DNA of 64,000 nt from Verrucomicrobiales bacterium (GTDB taxonomy: Bacteria > Verrucomicrobiota > Verrucomicrobiia > Verrucomicrobiales > SLCJ01): positions 32,001-96,000 of the forward strand of contig JBJTQJ010000025.1 in the NCBI GenBank assembly GCA_046075565.1, read 5' to 3'. Positions 10,951 through 21,210 of this stretch are shown here, piece after piece (positions within the stretch are counted from its first letter, which is position 1; each line of letters starts with the position of its first letter). A model generated the notes under the pieces. It saw only the letters and a program-made list of their open reading frames with translations. It made no database searches and was not told where the DNA came from. The translations under genes were made by a program, and so were the position numbers.

Positions 10951-11844
10951 TTAGCTGATGGCCATCTGGGCGGTGGTGATTTCGAGAAGCTCGTTGGTGA
11001 TGGCGGCCTGGCGGAGCTTGTTGTATTCGAGAGTGAGATCCTTGACGATGCCTTTGGCGTTGTCGGTGGCGCTCTTCATGGCGACCATCCGGCTCGAGTG
11101 TTCGGCGGCCCGCGATTCCAGCATCATCTGGAAAAGCAGGTAATCCACGTAGAGCGGGAGCAACTGCTCGAAAACCGTCGGGCGGTCGGGTTCGAAAAGA
11201 TAATCGGAATACACGGCGGCTTCCGGGCCCAACGGTTCCGGAACACCGGCCATGCCATCATAGTCGCGCTTTTCACCGACCTGGCTCGCATCGAGCGGCA
11301 GGAGTTGGGTGATGGTGGCGTGGTTGACGAGGGTGTTGACGAAATTGGTAAAGGCGACCTTCACCACGTCGATTTCCCCATCGAGGAATTTCTGCACGGC
11401 GAACTTGGCGACGCGCTTCACTTCGTTGAAGTGCACCGGGTCGCGCACTTGGAAGTCGGCGAGCAGATCCTTCTTCAACTTGGAAATGGCATTGCGGCCC
11501 TTGGCGCCGACACTCACATAGGAAGCGTCGGACGGGGCTTCGCGCAAGAGCTTGCGGAGCAGGTTCGTGTTCAGGCCGCCGCAAAGTCCCTTGTCGGTGG
11601 TGATGACGATGATCAACTCGCGTTTGCCCTCGCGTTCGACGAGCAACGGATGACCGCTGTTCTGCGCTTCTTCCTTGAGGTTGCGCAGAAGCGCCTCGAG
11701 GTGTTGCGCGTAAGCGCGGCTGGCCAACGCTTGGTCCTGCGCTTTCTTCATCTTCGAAGCCGCGACCAACTGCATCGCCCGGGTGATCTGGGCGGTGTTC
11801 TTGATCGACTTGATGCGTCGGCGGATGTCGCGGAGGTTGGCCAT
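10951..11844 (-). CDS. atpG: ATP synthase F1 gamma
   Basis: IKSIKNTAQITRAM, DKGLCGGLN, YNKLRQAAITNEL. Confidence 0.98.
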   Translation of the reverse strand: MANLRDIRRRIKSIKNTAQITRAMQLVAASKMKKAQDQALASRAYAQHLEALLRNLKEEAQNSGHPLLVEREGKRELIIVITTDKGLCGGLNTNLLRKLLREAPSDASYVSVGAKGRNAISKLKKDLLADFQVRDPVHFNEVKRVAKFAVQKFLDGEIDVVKVAFTNFVNTLVNHATITQLLPLDASQVGEKRDYDGMAGVPEPLGPEAAVYSDYLFEPDRPTVFEQLLPLYVDYLLFQMMLESRAAEHSSRMVAMKSATDNAKGIVKDLTLEYNKLRQAAITNELLEITTAQMAIS

Positions 11845-11881
11845 GGCGGTGGTTGGCGGAAGAAGATGCGCGCGGCGTTAC

Positions 11882-13423
11882 TCAGCTCCAGGTGCTCTTG
11901 AAGTCCTGGATGGCGGACTTGAGCGCTTCGACGGTGTCCTTGTCCTTCTTGAGGTCGGGCTTCTCGTCGGCGATCTTCTGGAGTAGATCGACCTTGCGGT
12001 TCTTGAAGTAGTCTCCCAGTTTGCCTTGGAATTCGCGCACGCGGTTGACCGGCACATCGTCGAAGTAACCGTTCATCATCGCGAAGAGGAAGACACCTTC
12101 CAATTCCATCGGGAAAGGGGAATACTGCGCCTGCTTGAACATCTCGACGATGCGCTGGCCGCGCTGAATTTTCTTCTTCGTCGCTTCGTCGAGGTCGGAA
12201 CCGAACTGGGCGAAGGCCTGCAATTCACGGAACTGGGCGAGGTCGAGTTTCGTCGTGCCCGACACCGACTTGATGGTCTTCGTCTGGGCGGCGGAACCGA
12301 CGCGGGAAACGGAAAGACCGACGGAAATCGCGGGACGGATACCTTGATAGAAAAGGTCGGTTTCCAGATAGATCTGACCGTCGGTGATGGAAATCACGTT
12401 CGTCGGAATGTAAGCGGAAACGTCGCCGGCTTGCGTCTCGATGATCGGCAAAGCGGTCAAGGAACCACCACCAGCTTCTTCACTCAGACGAGCGGAACGC
12501 TCGAGCAACTTGGAGTGGAGGTAGAACACGTCACCCGGATAGGCTTCGCGACCGGACGGGCGGCGGAGCACCAGCGACACCTGGCGGTAGGCCACGGCGT
12601 GTTTGGAAAGGTCATCAAAAACGATGAGGGCATCCATGCCATTGTCCATGAACCATTCGCCAACGGCAGCACCGGCGTAAGGAGCCATGTATTGCATGGT
12701 GGCGGAGTCGGAGGCGGAAGCGCTCACCACGACGGTGTAGGGCATGGCGCCGGCTTCCTCGAGGGTGGCGACGATACGCGCGACGTTGGCGTTCTTCTGA
12801 CCGATGGCAACGTAGATGCAATACAGCGGCTTGTGGTCCTTCAGACGGCCTTCTTCGGCGGCCTTGTTCTGGCGGGCCTGGGCGATGATGGTGTCCACGG
12901 CGATGGTGGTCTTGCCGGTGGAGCGGTCACCGATGATCAGCTCGCGTTGTCCGCGGCCGACGGGAATCATCGCGTCGATGGCCATGATGCCGGTCTGCAC
13001 GGGCACGGAAACGGATTTCCGCTTGATGATCCCGGGCGCGATCTTTTCCATCGGATAGAAAGCTTCGTTCTTCAGGTCGCCTTTGCCGTCCAGCGGTTGG
13101 CCGAGCGCGTTGACAACGCGGCCGAGCAGGCCTTTGCCAACCGGCATTTCCAGAAGACGTCCGGTGGTTTTCACCTCGTCGCCTTCGTTAATCTTGTTGC
13201 CATCGCCGAAGAGAATGACCCCGACGCTGGTTTCCTCGAGGTTGAGGGCCAGACCGGTGACCCCGTGAGGGAACTCGATCATTTCGTTGAGCTGGACGTC
13301 GCTCAAGCCTTCGACTTTGGCCACGCCGTCGCCGATTTCGCGCACAACACCGACATTGGTGCGGGTGGCGGATGTTTTCAGTCCGGCGATTTGGGATTCA
13401 AGTTCCTGCAGGATGGTGCTCAT
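11882..13423 (-). CDS. atpA: ATP synthase F1 alpha
   Basis: [31 protein letters not shown]. Confidence 0.99.
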   Translation of the reverse strand: MSTILQELESQIAGLKTSATRTNVGVVREIGDGVAKVEGLSDVQLNEMIEFPHGVTGLALNLEETSVGVILFGDGNKINEGDEVKTTGRLLEMPVGKGLLGRVVNALGQPLDGKGDLKNEAFYPMEKIAPGIIKRKSVSVPVQTGIMAIDAMIPVGRGQRELIIGDRSTGKTTIAVDTIIAQARQNKAAEEGRLKDHKPLYCIYVAIGQKNANVARIVATLEEAGAMPYTVVVSASASDSATMQYMAPYAGAAVGEWFMDNGMDALIVFDDLSKHAVAYRQVSLVLRRPSGREAYPGDVFYLHSKLLERSARLSEEAGGGSLTALPIIETQAGDVSAYIPTNVISITDGQIYLETDLFYQGIRPAISVGLSVSRVGSAAQTKTIKSVSGTTKLDLAQFRELQAFAQFGSDLDEATKKKIQRGQRIVEMFKQAQYSPFPMELEGVFLFAMMNGYFDDVPVNRVREFQGKLGDYFKNRKVDLLQKIADEKPDLKKDKDTVEALKSAIQDFKSTWS

Positions 13424-13482
13424 GGTTTTCGGAATTGCGGGGATTCGGGAAGTCGTGATGAAAAATGGATACGGAAAATCTG

Positions 13483-13872
13483 TTAGCGGGTAACGGCGGC
13501 GGTCAGGGAGTCGAGGCGGGCACGGATGCTGCCGTCGAAGACATCGCTGCCGAGCTTCACGCGCAGTCCGCCGATCAAGCCGGGGTTGGTCTGGAATTCG
13601 GCGGTCACGTCGGCACCGTAGCGGGCGCGCAGACTGGCGAGGAGTTCACTCTGGGTATTGGCATCGAGGGTCGTAGCGCTCTCCACGATGGCGTGGCGGC
13701 GTTGTTTTTCCAGCCGCACGAAACGGGCGAAAGATTCCAGCACTCCGATATCGGACTTGCCGGCCAATTTCTCCATGACCTGGCGGGCACGCTCGTCGGA
13801 GAACTTTCCGCCTTCCGAACAGAAACGGAAGAGTTGGCGGGCGGTGCGCTGGGCTTCGCGGCTGGACTTCAT
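13483..13872 (-). CDS. atpH: ATP synthase F1 delta (short form)
   Basis: C-terminal [24 protein letters not shown]; lies between atpF and atpA. Confidence 0.9.
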   Translation of the reverse strand: MKSSREAQRTARQLFRFCSEGGKFSDERARQVMEKLAGKSDIGVLESFARFVRLEKQRRHAIVESATTLDANTQSELLASLRARYGADVTAEFQTNPGLIGGLRVKLGSDVFDGSIRARLDSLTAAVTR

Positions 13873-13884
13873 GGTCGGGAAAAA

Positions 13885-14415
13885 TCAGGCTCCGATTTGG
13901 GAGGCGGTTTCGCGGGTCAGGCGCTCTTGGTCGGCGGGAGTGAGTTCCTTGCCGATCACCTTGGCGGTGGTCGCGACCACGAGGCGGCCGACTTCGCCCT
14001 TGAGTTCGCGCATCATCGAGTCGCGTTCCAGAACGCTGGCCTCGCGGGCTTTCTCGAGAATGGCGGCGGCTTCGCTGATGGTGGCCTGGCGTTCGCGTTC
14101 GGCGATGGCGTGGGCGCTGTCCTTGGCTTCGGAGAGCATCGCTTCGGCTTTGCCATTGGCTTCGCCGAGCATTTCGGAAATTTTCTTCTGCGCCTCGGCG
14201 AGTTGATCGCGCATCTCGGCGGCATTCTTCTGCCCTTCCTCGATGGTGCGGCGGCGTTCTTCGAGCATCGCCTGCACGGGGCCGTAGGCGAACTTGTAAA
14301 GCAAAGCCGCCACGAGCAGGAAGCTCACCACTTGCGAGATGAAGATCTGCGGGTGAAACCCGAATTTCTCCGCTATTTCGGCGACGTCTTCGGAAATCGT
14401 GGCTAGGAAGAACAT
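13885..14415 (-). CDS. atpF: ATP synthase F0 subunit b
   Basis: N-terminal TM followed by coiled coil; MLEERRRTIEEG. Confidence 0.93.
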   Translation of the reverse strand: MFFLATISEDVAEIAEKFGFHPQIFISQVVSFLLVAALLYKFAYGPVQAMLEERRRTIEEGQKNAAEMRDQLAEAQKKISEMLGEANGKAEAMLSEAKDSAHAIAERERQATISEAAAILEKAREASVLERDSMMRELKGEVGRLVVATTAKVIGKELTPADQERLTRETASQIGA

Positions 14416-14460
14416 TGGAATCGAGACGGTAGAATGAGAATGGGAAACGGTAAAACTTGG

Positions 14461-14495
14461 TCGCCCGGGGGAATCACTGGATAGCCCCCGGGCGA
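14461..14495 (-). other. Strong stem-loop between atpE and atpF
   Basis: TCGCCCGGGGG / CCCCCGGGCGA 11-bp perfect stem; no U tract, so possibly an mRNA stability or processing element. Confidence 0.5.
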
Positions 14496-14503
14496 TCGGA
14501 ACA

Positions 14504-14713
14504 TCACTTCGCGAGGTAGATCGCGAAGAAGACGATACCTTCGGCGAAGGCGGTGCTCAGAATGGCTTGGGTCAGGATTTGGCCGGAAGCTCCGGGATTG
14601 CGGCCCACGGCCTCGGAGGCCTTGGCGCCGATGATGCCGACCGCGAGGGCGGAGCCGATGGCGGCCAGACCGATATGGAGGTTGCCCGACAGTTCTGCAA
14701 GGATGTTGAACAT
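14504..14713 (-). CDS. atpE: ATP synthase F0 subunit c (probably H+ type)
   Basis: Hydrophobic hairpin with GRNP loop and AFAEG carboxylate; lacks the Q...ES/T Na+ signature. Confidence 0.95.
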   Translation of the reverse strand: MFNILAELSGNLHIGLAAIGSALAVGIIGAKASEAVGRNPGASGQILTQAILSTAFAEGIVFFAIYLAK

Positions 14714-14788
14714 GGTAGTGGTTTCTTGGTTTGTTGTTTTTCCCCCGGCGGCCCCACACGTTGCGCATGGTCAACCGCCGGAAATTTT

Positions 14789-15757
14789 TCAGTGATGGGA
14801 TGTCTCGGCGTGATCGTGGTCGTCGCCGTGGGCGCACATGAGTCCGGTAAAGACCGCCGTGAGCAGCATGAAGACGAGAGCCTGGACCGCTCCGACGAGC
14901 AATTCCATGAAGTAGAATGGGATGGCCGCCAGCCAGCCGAACTTCGGGCTGATGGCCAGCATCGTTTCGAGCAGGTTCTCACCCGCGAAGATGTTGCCGT
15001 AGAGACGGAAGGAGAGGGAAACCGGCCGGAAGGCGATGGAAATAACCTCCAGCAATCCCGCGAAAAGGAACGGAAGGGCCAGCACGGCGGCCAAGCCCAT
15101 GCCCATCTTGTCTTTGGCCGGCCAGAAAATGTGCTTCAGGAAGCCGACGACCCCGGCGCTCTGGATCGACCAGACCAACCACAGGAGCATGAAAACCACC
15201 GAGAGCCCGAGGGTCATGTTCAAGTCGGCATTCGCGCCCCGGAAAATCGGTCGTGGAACATACTTGAGGAAAATCGAGCCTTCGGATGTGGGGAGGCCGT
15301 AGCCGATGCTGCCCACGCCGGGAACCAGACCGAACCAGTTCGCGCAGAGCACGAAGATGAAAATCGTGGCGAAGAACCAATAGGTCTTGCGCGCCAATTC
15401 CCGGCCGAGGATGCCCTGGAGAAATCCCTGCAACCCCTCGACAATCGCCTCGATCAGATTCTGCAAACCGGTGGGCACCAGCGTCATCTTCCTGGTAGCA
15501 AGCTGGGCGACCAGGATGAGGCAAATCGCCACCACCCACATGGTGATCATGGAGTTGGTGATCTTGAACCACCCGAGTTCCATGACGATGGGCGGGGCGG
15601 TTGGCAGACCGTGGTGGCCACCCGCGGCCAGCATCGGAACGAAGGCTCCCGGCATTTGAATTCCCCCGGCCCCCGTCATCGCATGGCTCCCTGTTGCAGA
15701 TGCCAAAAAGACAATGGCGAGGGCGATGCGGCAGAGGATGGCGATTGGACGCGACAT
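14789..15757 (-). CDS. atpB: ATP synthase F0 subunit a (start uncertain)
   Basis: PTGLQNLIE, NWFGLVPG, RPVSLSFRLYGNIFAGE, ELLVGAVQALVF. Confidence 0.96.
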   Translation of the reverse strand: MSRPIAILCRIALAIVFLASATGSHAMTGAGGIQMPGAFVPMLAAGGHHGLPTAPPIVMELGWFKITNSMITMWVVAICLILVAQLATRKMTLVPTGLQNLIEAIVEGLQGFLQGILGRELARKTYWFFATIFIFVLCANWFGLVPGVGSIGYGLPTSEGSIFLKYVPRPIFRGANADLNMTLGLSVVFMLLWLVWSIQSAGVVGFLKHIFWPAKDKMGMGLAAVLALPFLFAGLLEVISIAFRPVSLSFRLYGNIFAGENLLETMLAISPKFGWLAAIPFYFMELLVGAVQALVFMLLTAVFTGLMCAHGDDHDHAETSHH

Positions 15758-16008
15758 GCGGAAAATTCGGGGAATAGGAAAGGGAGCGCCTAATGTCCGA
15801 AATCGCGAGATGTTGGCAAGTTGAATTTGTGAAATTTTTCACAAGCTCGCCCACGACGTCAAAAGAAGTTGAAAATCAACACTATTAAACTTTGTCGGCT
15901 AACATACCCACCGGCCCCACTCCAGCGGCGATTCGCCCGAAGGAAGGAAGGCAGGTTCCCGAATCTTTTTTGAAAATTCCCGCCCTCCCCGCGAGTAATG
16001 GTGAGTCC

Positions 16009-17097
16009 ATGAAAAACCATTACCGAAATCTGATCTCCGCCTGCAGCCTTTCCCTGCTTGCGACCTCCGCGCTCCATGCCGCCGACCTCCCCGACCCCGA
16101 CGGCAAACCCGCCGACATGACCAAACCGGTCCAGGTCTTCATCATCATGGGCCAGTCCAATACCCTCGAAATGGGCAAGGTGACTCCCGATCTGGGCACA
16201 CTCTATCCTTTCCTCGTCGATGACGCCGGCAAGGAAACCGTCCGTCAGGACGTCCGCAACGTCTCGGTGATGGAAAAACGCGGCAGCATGAATGTCTATC
16301 GCAACGAATGGCTCACCCTCGCCGGCAAGGGCAAGATCGGCATCGAAACGGGCATCGGCCACCAGCTCGGCAATGCCATCGACGCCCCGGTGATGGTGCT
16401 GAAAAGCTCCATCGGCAACCGCAGCCTCGGTTGGGACCTCCTGCCCCCGGGCAGCAAGCGCGCCCTCGCGGAAGTCACGGAAAAAGACGGCACCAAGGTC
16501 ACCAAGGTCGTCGCGGGATACAAGGAAGCGCCGGACGTCTGGGTCGCCGACCCTGCCAAGGGCATCGACACCCCCCCGCCCCCGTTTGTCGACAAAAATG
16601 GCAAACCCATCGAGTGGTATGCCGGCAAACAATGGGACGACGACATCCGCAACGCCAAGAAGATCCTCGAGGACCTGAACACCTACTACCCCGATGCCAA
16701 AGGCTACGAAGTGGCCGGTTTCCTCTGGTGGCAAGGCGACAAGGACCGCTACAATGTCGCCCACGCCAGCCGCTACGGGGAAAACCTCGTCGCCCTCATC
16801 AACGCGCTGCGCAAGGAGTTCAATGCCCCCAATGCGAAGTTCGTCTGCGGCACCCTCGGCCAAACCGCCAAGGACTCCGAACCCGGCAACGACAAAATGA
16901 TCTTCGACGGCCAAATGTCCGTCGATGGCGAGACCGGCAAGTATCCCGAATTCAAAGGCAATGTCTCCACCGTCTACACGCACCCGCTCAGCAAGGGCGG
17001 AGCCTCCAATGGCCACTACAACGGCAATGCCGAGACCTACATGAACGTCGGTCTCGGATTGGGCGAAGCGATGGCCAAGCTGATCAAGGGCAACTAA
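16009..17097 (+). CDS. Secreted sialate O-acetylesterase-like (SASA/SGNH) carbohydrate esterase
   Basis: Signal peptide; VFIIMGQSN, GFLWWQGDKD and GHYNGNAETY motifs. Confidence 0.8.
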   Translation: MKNHYRNLISACSLSLLATSALHAADLPDPDGKPADMTKPVQVFIIMGQSNTLEMGKVTPDLGTLYPFLVDDAGKETVRQDVRNVSVMEKRGSMNVYRNEWLTLAGKGKIGIETGIGHQLGNAIDAPVMVLKSSIGNRSLGWDLLPPGSKRALAEVTEKDGTKVTKVVAGYKEAPDVWVADPAKGIDTPPPPFVDKNGKPIEWYAGKQWDDDIRNAKKILEDLNTYYPDAKGYEVAGFLWWQGDKDRYNVAHASRYGENLVALINALRKEFNAPNAKFVCGTLGQTAKDSEPGNDKMIFDGQMSVDGETGKYPEFKGNVSTVYTHPLSKGGASNGHYNGNAETYMNVGLGLGEAMAKLIKGN

Positions 17098-17220
17098 TCC
17101 ACACCGACGAATCTCGTCAGGTTTTACAACGGCGTGCGGGGTCTCCCCGCGCGCCGTTTGCCTTACAAGCGGCGAAATTCCCCGCTTGCCATGGCGCGCG
17201 GAATGCTTTCCAATGCCCCC

Positions 17221-17904
17221 ATGAAAGTGGTGGTCTTGGTCAGCGGCGGCATGGATTCGGTCACGGCGCTCTACCGGGCGGCCCGTGAGCATGAGGTCGT
17301 CGCTGGCTTGAGCTTCGATTACGGCTCGAAACACAACCACCGGGAAATTCCCTTCGCCCGCTGGCACTGCGACTCCCTCGGCATCCCGCATCACGGGATC
17401 GACCTCGGTTTCATCGGCGAGACATTTTCCTCCGATCTCCTCCGCTCGGGCGGGGAAATCCCGGACGGCCACTACGCGGAGGAAAACATGAAACGCACCG
17501 TCGTCCCTTTCCGCAATGGCATCATGCTCGCCATCGCGTGTGGTTTTGCCGAAAGCATCGGAGCCGGGGGCCTCGTCATCGCCGCCCACTCCGGCGACCA
17601 CGCCATTTATCCCGATTGCCGGGAGCCGTTCATGGAAGCCATGGCTGCCTCCATGAAACACGGCACCTATGCCGGCGTCGAACTGCTGCGCCCGTTCATC
17701 GCCATGGACAAAACAGGGATAGCACGCGAGGGCGCGACCCTCGGGGTGGACTACTCGCGCACTTGGTCCTGCTACAAAGGCGGGGAAATCCACTGCGGCA
17801 CCTGCGGCACCTGCGTCGAGCGCCGCGAGGCCTTTCTTCTGGCCGGGCTCCCCGACCCGACCACCTATCTCGCCACCCCTCCCTTGCCAAGCGCACCGGG
17901 TTGA
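17221..17904 (+). CDS. queC: 7-cyano-7-deazaguanine synthase
   Basis: SGGMDS, VPFRNG, YPDCR, TWSCY...[11 protein letters not shown]. Confidence 0.97.
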   Translation: MKVVVLVSGGMDSVTALYRAAREHEVVAGLSFDYGSKHNHREIPFARWHCDSLGIPHHGIDLGFIGETFSSDLLRSGGEIPDGHYAEENMKRTVVPFRNGIMLAIACGFAESIGAGGLVIAAHSGDHAIYPDCREPFMEAMAASMKHGTYAGVELLRPFIAMDKTGIAREGATLGVDYSRTWSCYKGGEIHCGTCGTCVERREAFLLAGLPDPTTYLATPPLPSAPG

Positions 17905-17976
17905 GACCAGAATCCGGGGTTTCTCGGCACGAAAGGCGGCGATTCGCGCGGTTTCCCGGGAATCTAGAAAAATCCT

Positions 17977-18005
17977 TTGCAAGCCACGACCGGGCGATGT
18001 ATTCT
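17977..18005 (+). promoter_or_regulatory. Putative sigma70 promoter of rplS
   Basis: TTGCAA-N17-TATTCT. Confidence 0.55.
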
Positions 18006-18049
18006 TTGCGCCCTTCAAATTTCCAGCCCCCAACCGGGAGGACCCCGCC

Positions 18050-18397
18050 ATGAGCGCCATCATCAAGAAAATCGAGCAAGAACAAATCAAATCCGACATC
18101 CCCGAGTTCGATGTCGGCGACACCGTGAAGGTCCACACCCGCGTCAAAGAAGGCAACAAGGAGCGCGTCCAGCTCTTCGCCGGCGTGGTCATTGCCAAGA
18201 AGTCCACCGGCGTGAACCAAGCCTTCACCGTCCGCAAAATTTCCTACGGCGAGGGCGTCGAGCGCTCCTTCCCCGTCCACACCCCGCTCATCGCGAAGAT
18301 CGAAGTCACGGCCAAGGGCAAGGTCCGCCGCGCCCGCCTCCACTACCTCCGCGAACGCGTCGGCAAACAAGCCCTCGCCGTCAAGAGCGCGGACTGA
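18050..18397 (+). CDS. rplS: 50S ribosomal protein L19
   Basis: [37 protein letters not shown]. Confidence 0.98.
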   Translation: MSAIIKKIEQEQIKSDIPEFDVGDTVKVHTRVKEGNKERVQLFAGVVIAKKSTGVNQAFTVRKISYGEGVERSFPVHTPLIAKIEVTAKGKVRRARLHYLRERVGKQALAVKSAD

Positions 18398-18422
18398 GTT
18401 GGCTTCCCAACGAATTTCAAAG

Positions 18423-18452
18423 AACCGGCCCGGGCAACTTGGCCGGTTTTTT
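18423..18452 (+). terminator. Intrinsic terminator after rplS
   Basis: AACCGGCC-loop-GGCCGGTT followed by a T run. Confidence 0.8.
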
Positions 18453-18485
18453 GTTGCCAAGATGGGGCGATGAGCGCCACCGGCT

Positions 18486-18706
18486 CGATTGAAGATTGCC
18501 GATTTCCTGAAGGCCTTAAAACGCTAAAGAGAAACGTGCGGAAAATCGTCAATCCTCTGTGCGCTGCATGAACTTGCTTCGCTTGGCGACGGCTTCCCCG
18601 TTGGAGTTCGGGCTTCAGCCCGTCGGGGGCTGGCCTTCATTGACGATTGAAGATCGAAGATTTCAGATTTCCTGAAGACCTTGCACCTCCAATCTCCAAT
18701 CTTGAA
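18486..18706. repeat. Degenerate heptamer (GATTNNN) repeat cluster with a duplicated block and a REP-like hairpin
   Basis: CGATTGAAGATTGCCGATTTCCTGAAGGCCTT (18486) vs CGATTGAAGATCGAAGATTTCAGATTTCCTGAAGACCTT (18644); complementary AATC units follow each; GGAGTTCGGGCTTCAGCCCG at 18603. Confidence 0.6.
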
Positions 18707-18783
18707 AGGAAAATCGAACCACAGATCATCAGATGGTCACGGATTTTCAAAGACTTGCAACATGTGCTTCGCTCATCTGCCGG

Positions 18784-19038
18784 ATGAAAAATCCTTCTCC
18801 CCAAGGTTGGGGACTGATTCAGCTTCAGTGCAACTTCCGGAATTTTCCCTCCATCGAGTGCAGAGTTGCAGTGAATTCCGATGTCAGGGCCCAATACTGG
18901 TCAGGAACTTATCCCGAGATGGGGTCGCCCGATCTTTGGAACTGGGACGTGATCAATCGCCACGCAGGACGTCTTGTAAAACTACTCAGAAAGCTATCCA
19001 AACAAGCCCAGGTTCAAGCGCGAAGTGCAACAGAGTGA
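18784..19038 (+). CDS. Hypothetical protein (lower GC, doubtful)
   Basis: Open frame of 84 codons; no recognisable motif. Confidence 0.3.
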   Translation: MKNPSPQGWGLIQLQCNFRNFPSIECRVAVNSDVRAQYWSGTYPEMGSPDLWNWDVINRHAGRLVKLLRKLSKQAQVQARSATE

Positions 19039-19080
19039 AGATTAATTGAAGAGCTGCGACTGCTCGCGCGTAGTCCTGCC

Positions 19081-20562
19081 ATGTTCCGTTTCCTTCTTTT
19101 TCCGGCCGCCTCTTTGCTCCTCGCCCCATTGGTTTTGGCGGATGCTCCCCGCGGCCCAACAACGCCCCCTGCAAAAAAGGCGGAACCCACGGAGGCCAAA
19201 ACCATCGATGACCCGAAACTGCCCCGGGTGCTGGTCATTGGCGATTCCATCAGCATGAACTACCACCAGGCTGCCAAGTCCGCTCTTGCTGGTGTCGCCA
19301 ATTACCATCGCAACGAGGGCAATGCCGCCTCCACCGAAAACGGACTGCGTAACGTGGAGGGCTGGCTCGGGAACTATCAGGAAAAAGGCTCCCGCTGGGA
19401 CGTGATCCAATTCAACCACGGGCTTCACGACCTCAAACAAACTTACGATGCCGCCACCGACACGTGGGGAGAACACTCTATCCCGCTCGCCACCTACAAG
19501 GCGAACATCGAAAAGGAGATCGCCATTCTCAAAAAGACCGGGGCCAAACTCATCTGGTGCTCCACTACGCCGGTTCAGAATGATAACAAAAGCAAGTATG
19601 CCCGCCGGAAAGGGGAGTCGAAGGTTTTCAACGACGCCGCCCTCGAAGTGATGCGCAACCACCCCGAGATCCTCATCACCGATCTCCATCGCGTCGTCGA
19701 TGAATCACCGGTCTTCGACAACTGGCGCACGGCCAAGGATGTCCACTTCTACAAATCGGAGGAACAAAAAGTCCTCGGTGAAGCGGTTGCCGCCGCCATA
19801 CGCAAGGCCCTGGAAAAACCCGCGAAGAATCTCCCGCTGCCCGGCGAAACATTCCTCGTCGATGGCCATACCGCCTTCGTGATCCTGCCGGAGAAACGCG
19901 ATACCTCGAAACCGACGCCGTGGGTTTGGTATGCGCCGACCTTGACGAAACTTCCCGGGCCGGAAGAACGCTGGATTTGCGAGTCGCTGCTCGCCCAAGG
20001 TGTCGCCATCGGTGGCATCGATGTCGGTGAGTCCATGGGCAATCCACAAGGCCGCACGCTCTTCAACGCCTTCCACAAGGAAATGACCGCCAATCGCGGC
20101 ATGTCCGCCAAACCCTGCCTGCTCGCCCGTAGCCGCGGAGGGCTCATGCACTACAACTGGGCGGCGGAAAATCCATCTTCCCTTGCCGCCATCGCCGGCA
20201 TCTACCCGGTCGGCAATCTCGCCAGTTGGCCCGGCTTGGCCCAGGCGAAAGGTGCTTACGGACTCGATGAGGCGGGCCTCGCCGCCGTGCTGGAAAAAAA
20301 CAATCCCATCGACCGCCTCGAACCCCTCGCCAAAGCCGGTATTCCCCTCATGCACATCCACGGAGATAAAGACGGAACCGTTCCGCTGGAGAAAAATTCA
20401 GGCCTCATCAAAGAACGCTACGACAAACTCGGCGGAAAAATGATCCTCGAAGTCATCCCCGGCGGCGGACACGACATGAACCCATCCTGGTTCCGCAACC
20501 AAGGCCTGGTGGTCTTCATGATCGAACAGGCGAAAAAAGGAGCGGACGCGGGAACGCGCTAA
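19081..20562 (+). CDS. Secreted SGNH/GDSL hydrolase fused to an alpha/beta hydrolase
   Basis: Signal peptide; IGDSIS, FNHGLHD and DVHF (SGNH); WVWYAP, ARSRGG, HGDKD and GGH (alpha/beta). Confidence 0.85.
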   Translation: MFRFLLFPAASLLLAPLVLADAPRGPTTPPAKKAEPTEAKTIDDPKLPRVLVIGDSISMNYHQAAKSALAGVANYHRNEGNAASTENGLRNVEGWLGNYQEKGSRWDVIQFNHGLHDLKQTYDAATDTWGEHSIPLATYKANIEKEIAILKKTGAKLIWCSTTPVQNDNKSKYARRKGESKVFNDAALEVMRNHPEILITDLHRVVDESPVFDNWRTAKDVHFYKSEEQKVLGEAVAAAIRKALEKPAKNLPLPGETFLVDGHTAFVILPEKRDTSKPTPWVWYAPTLTKLPGPEERWICESLLAQGVAIGGIDVGESMGNPQGRTLFNAFHKEMTANRGMSAKPCLLARSRGGLMHYNWAAENPSSLAAIAGIYPVGNLASWPGLAQAKGAYGLDEAGLAAVLEKNNPIDRLEPLAKAGIPLMHIHGDKDGTVPLEKNSGLIKERYDKLGGKMILEVIPGGGHDMNPSWFRNQGLVVFMIEQAKKGADAGTR

Positions 20563-20679
20563 CCCGCCGCCAAAGCCCGCACTGTTCCGGGCATGGCTGA
20601 TTCATTTTACGAAAAGCGCACCATCAAACCTACCGGTGGCTTATTCCATCGAAGGCAGTTTCGTTACAATAAGCCCGAC

Positions 20680-20715
20680 TCTTATTCAATCGAAGTTGAC
20701 TTCGATTGAATAAGA
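20680..20715. repeat. Perfect AT-rich inverted repeat (17-bp arms, 2-nt spacer)
   Basis: TCTTATTCAATCGAAGT-TG-ACTTCGATTGAATAAGA. Confidence 0.9.
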
Positions 20716-20817
20716 TGAAGGTCTATGCTCTTGAAACACCCTTCAGGGAAGTTCGAAGACCAGTTTCCCAATTTCCTGATCCTGGGTTTCGGCCAAGCAA
20801 AGCCGGGCACGTGCTCC

Positions 20818-21210
20818 TCACCACAAAACGCGCTGTCCGTATTCCGATGCCGACCAATGGGGATCATTCGTGACAGCGACCAGCTTCTCCGTCCGGCATT
20901 GGCTGATCAGCAGGCGATCGAAAGGATCGCCGTGCACCTTGGGAAGAGCAAAGACCCCGGCCGCATGGCGGTAATTCACGTCGAGCAGGATAAAGCCCTC
21001 GCGTTCCAGCCGCTGCTCCAAGCCATTTTCGAATTCCTCCGGTGCCTTTAGCTTGCCCAATCCGGCCTTGATCGCGATCTCCCAGATACTGACGACGCTC
21101 ACGAACACCTCGTTGGCCGGATCCTCAATGGCCGAGGCGGCGGTCTCCGAGAGGTCAGCGTCATCCCGCAAAAACCAAAGCAGAGCACAGGTATCGACCA
21201 GAAGTCTCAT
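20818..21210 (-). CDS. VapC-family PIN domain toxin
   Basis: MRLLVDTCALLW, SIWEIAIK, HGDPFDRLLISQ, VTND; ATGA overlap with the antitoxin. Confidence 0.93.
   Translation of the reverse strand: MRLLVDTCALLWFLRDDADLSETAASAIEDPANEVFVSVVSIWEIAIKAGLGKLKAPEEFENGLEQRLEREGFILLDVNYRHAAGVFALPKVHGDPFDRLLISQCRTEKLVAVTNDPHWSASEYGQRVLW

Noticed and set aside
14504-14713. Na+-translocating or N-type ATPase
   Set aside because: c subunit lacks the Na+ ligands and the gene order is the standard BEFHAGDC
15859-18237. 792-aa minus-strand ORF
   Set aside because: Spans three real plus-strand genes; shadow frame
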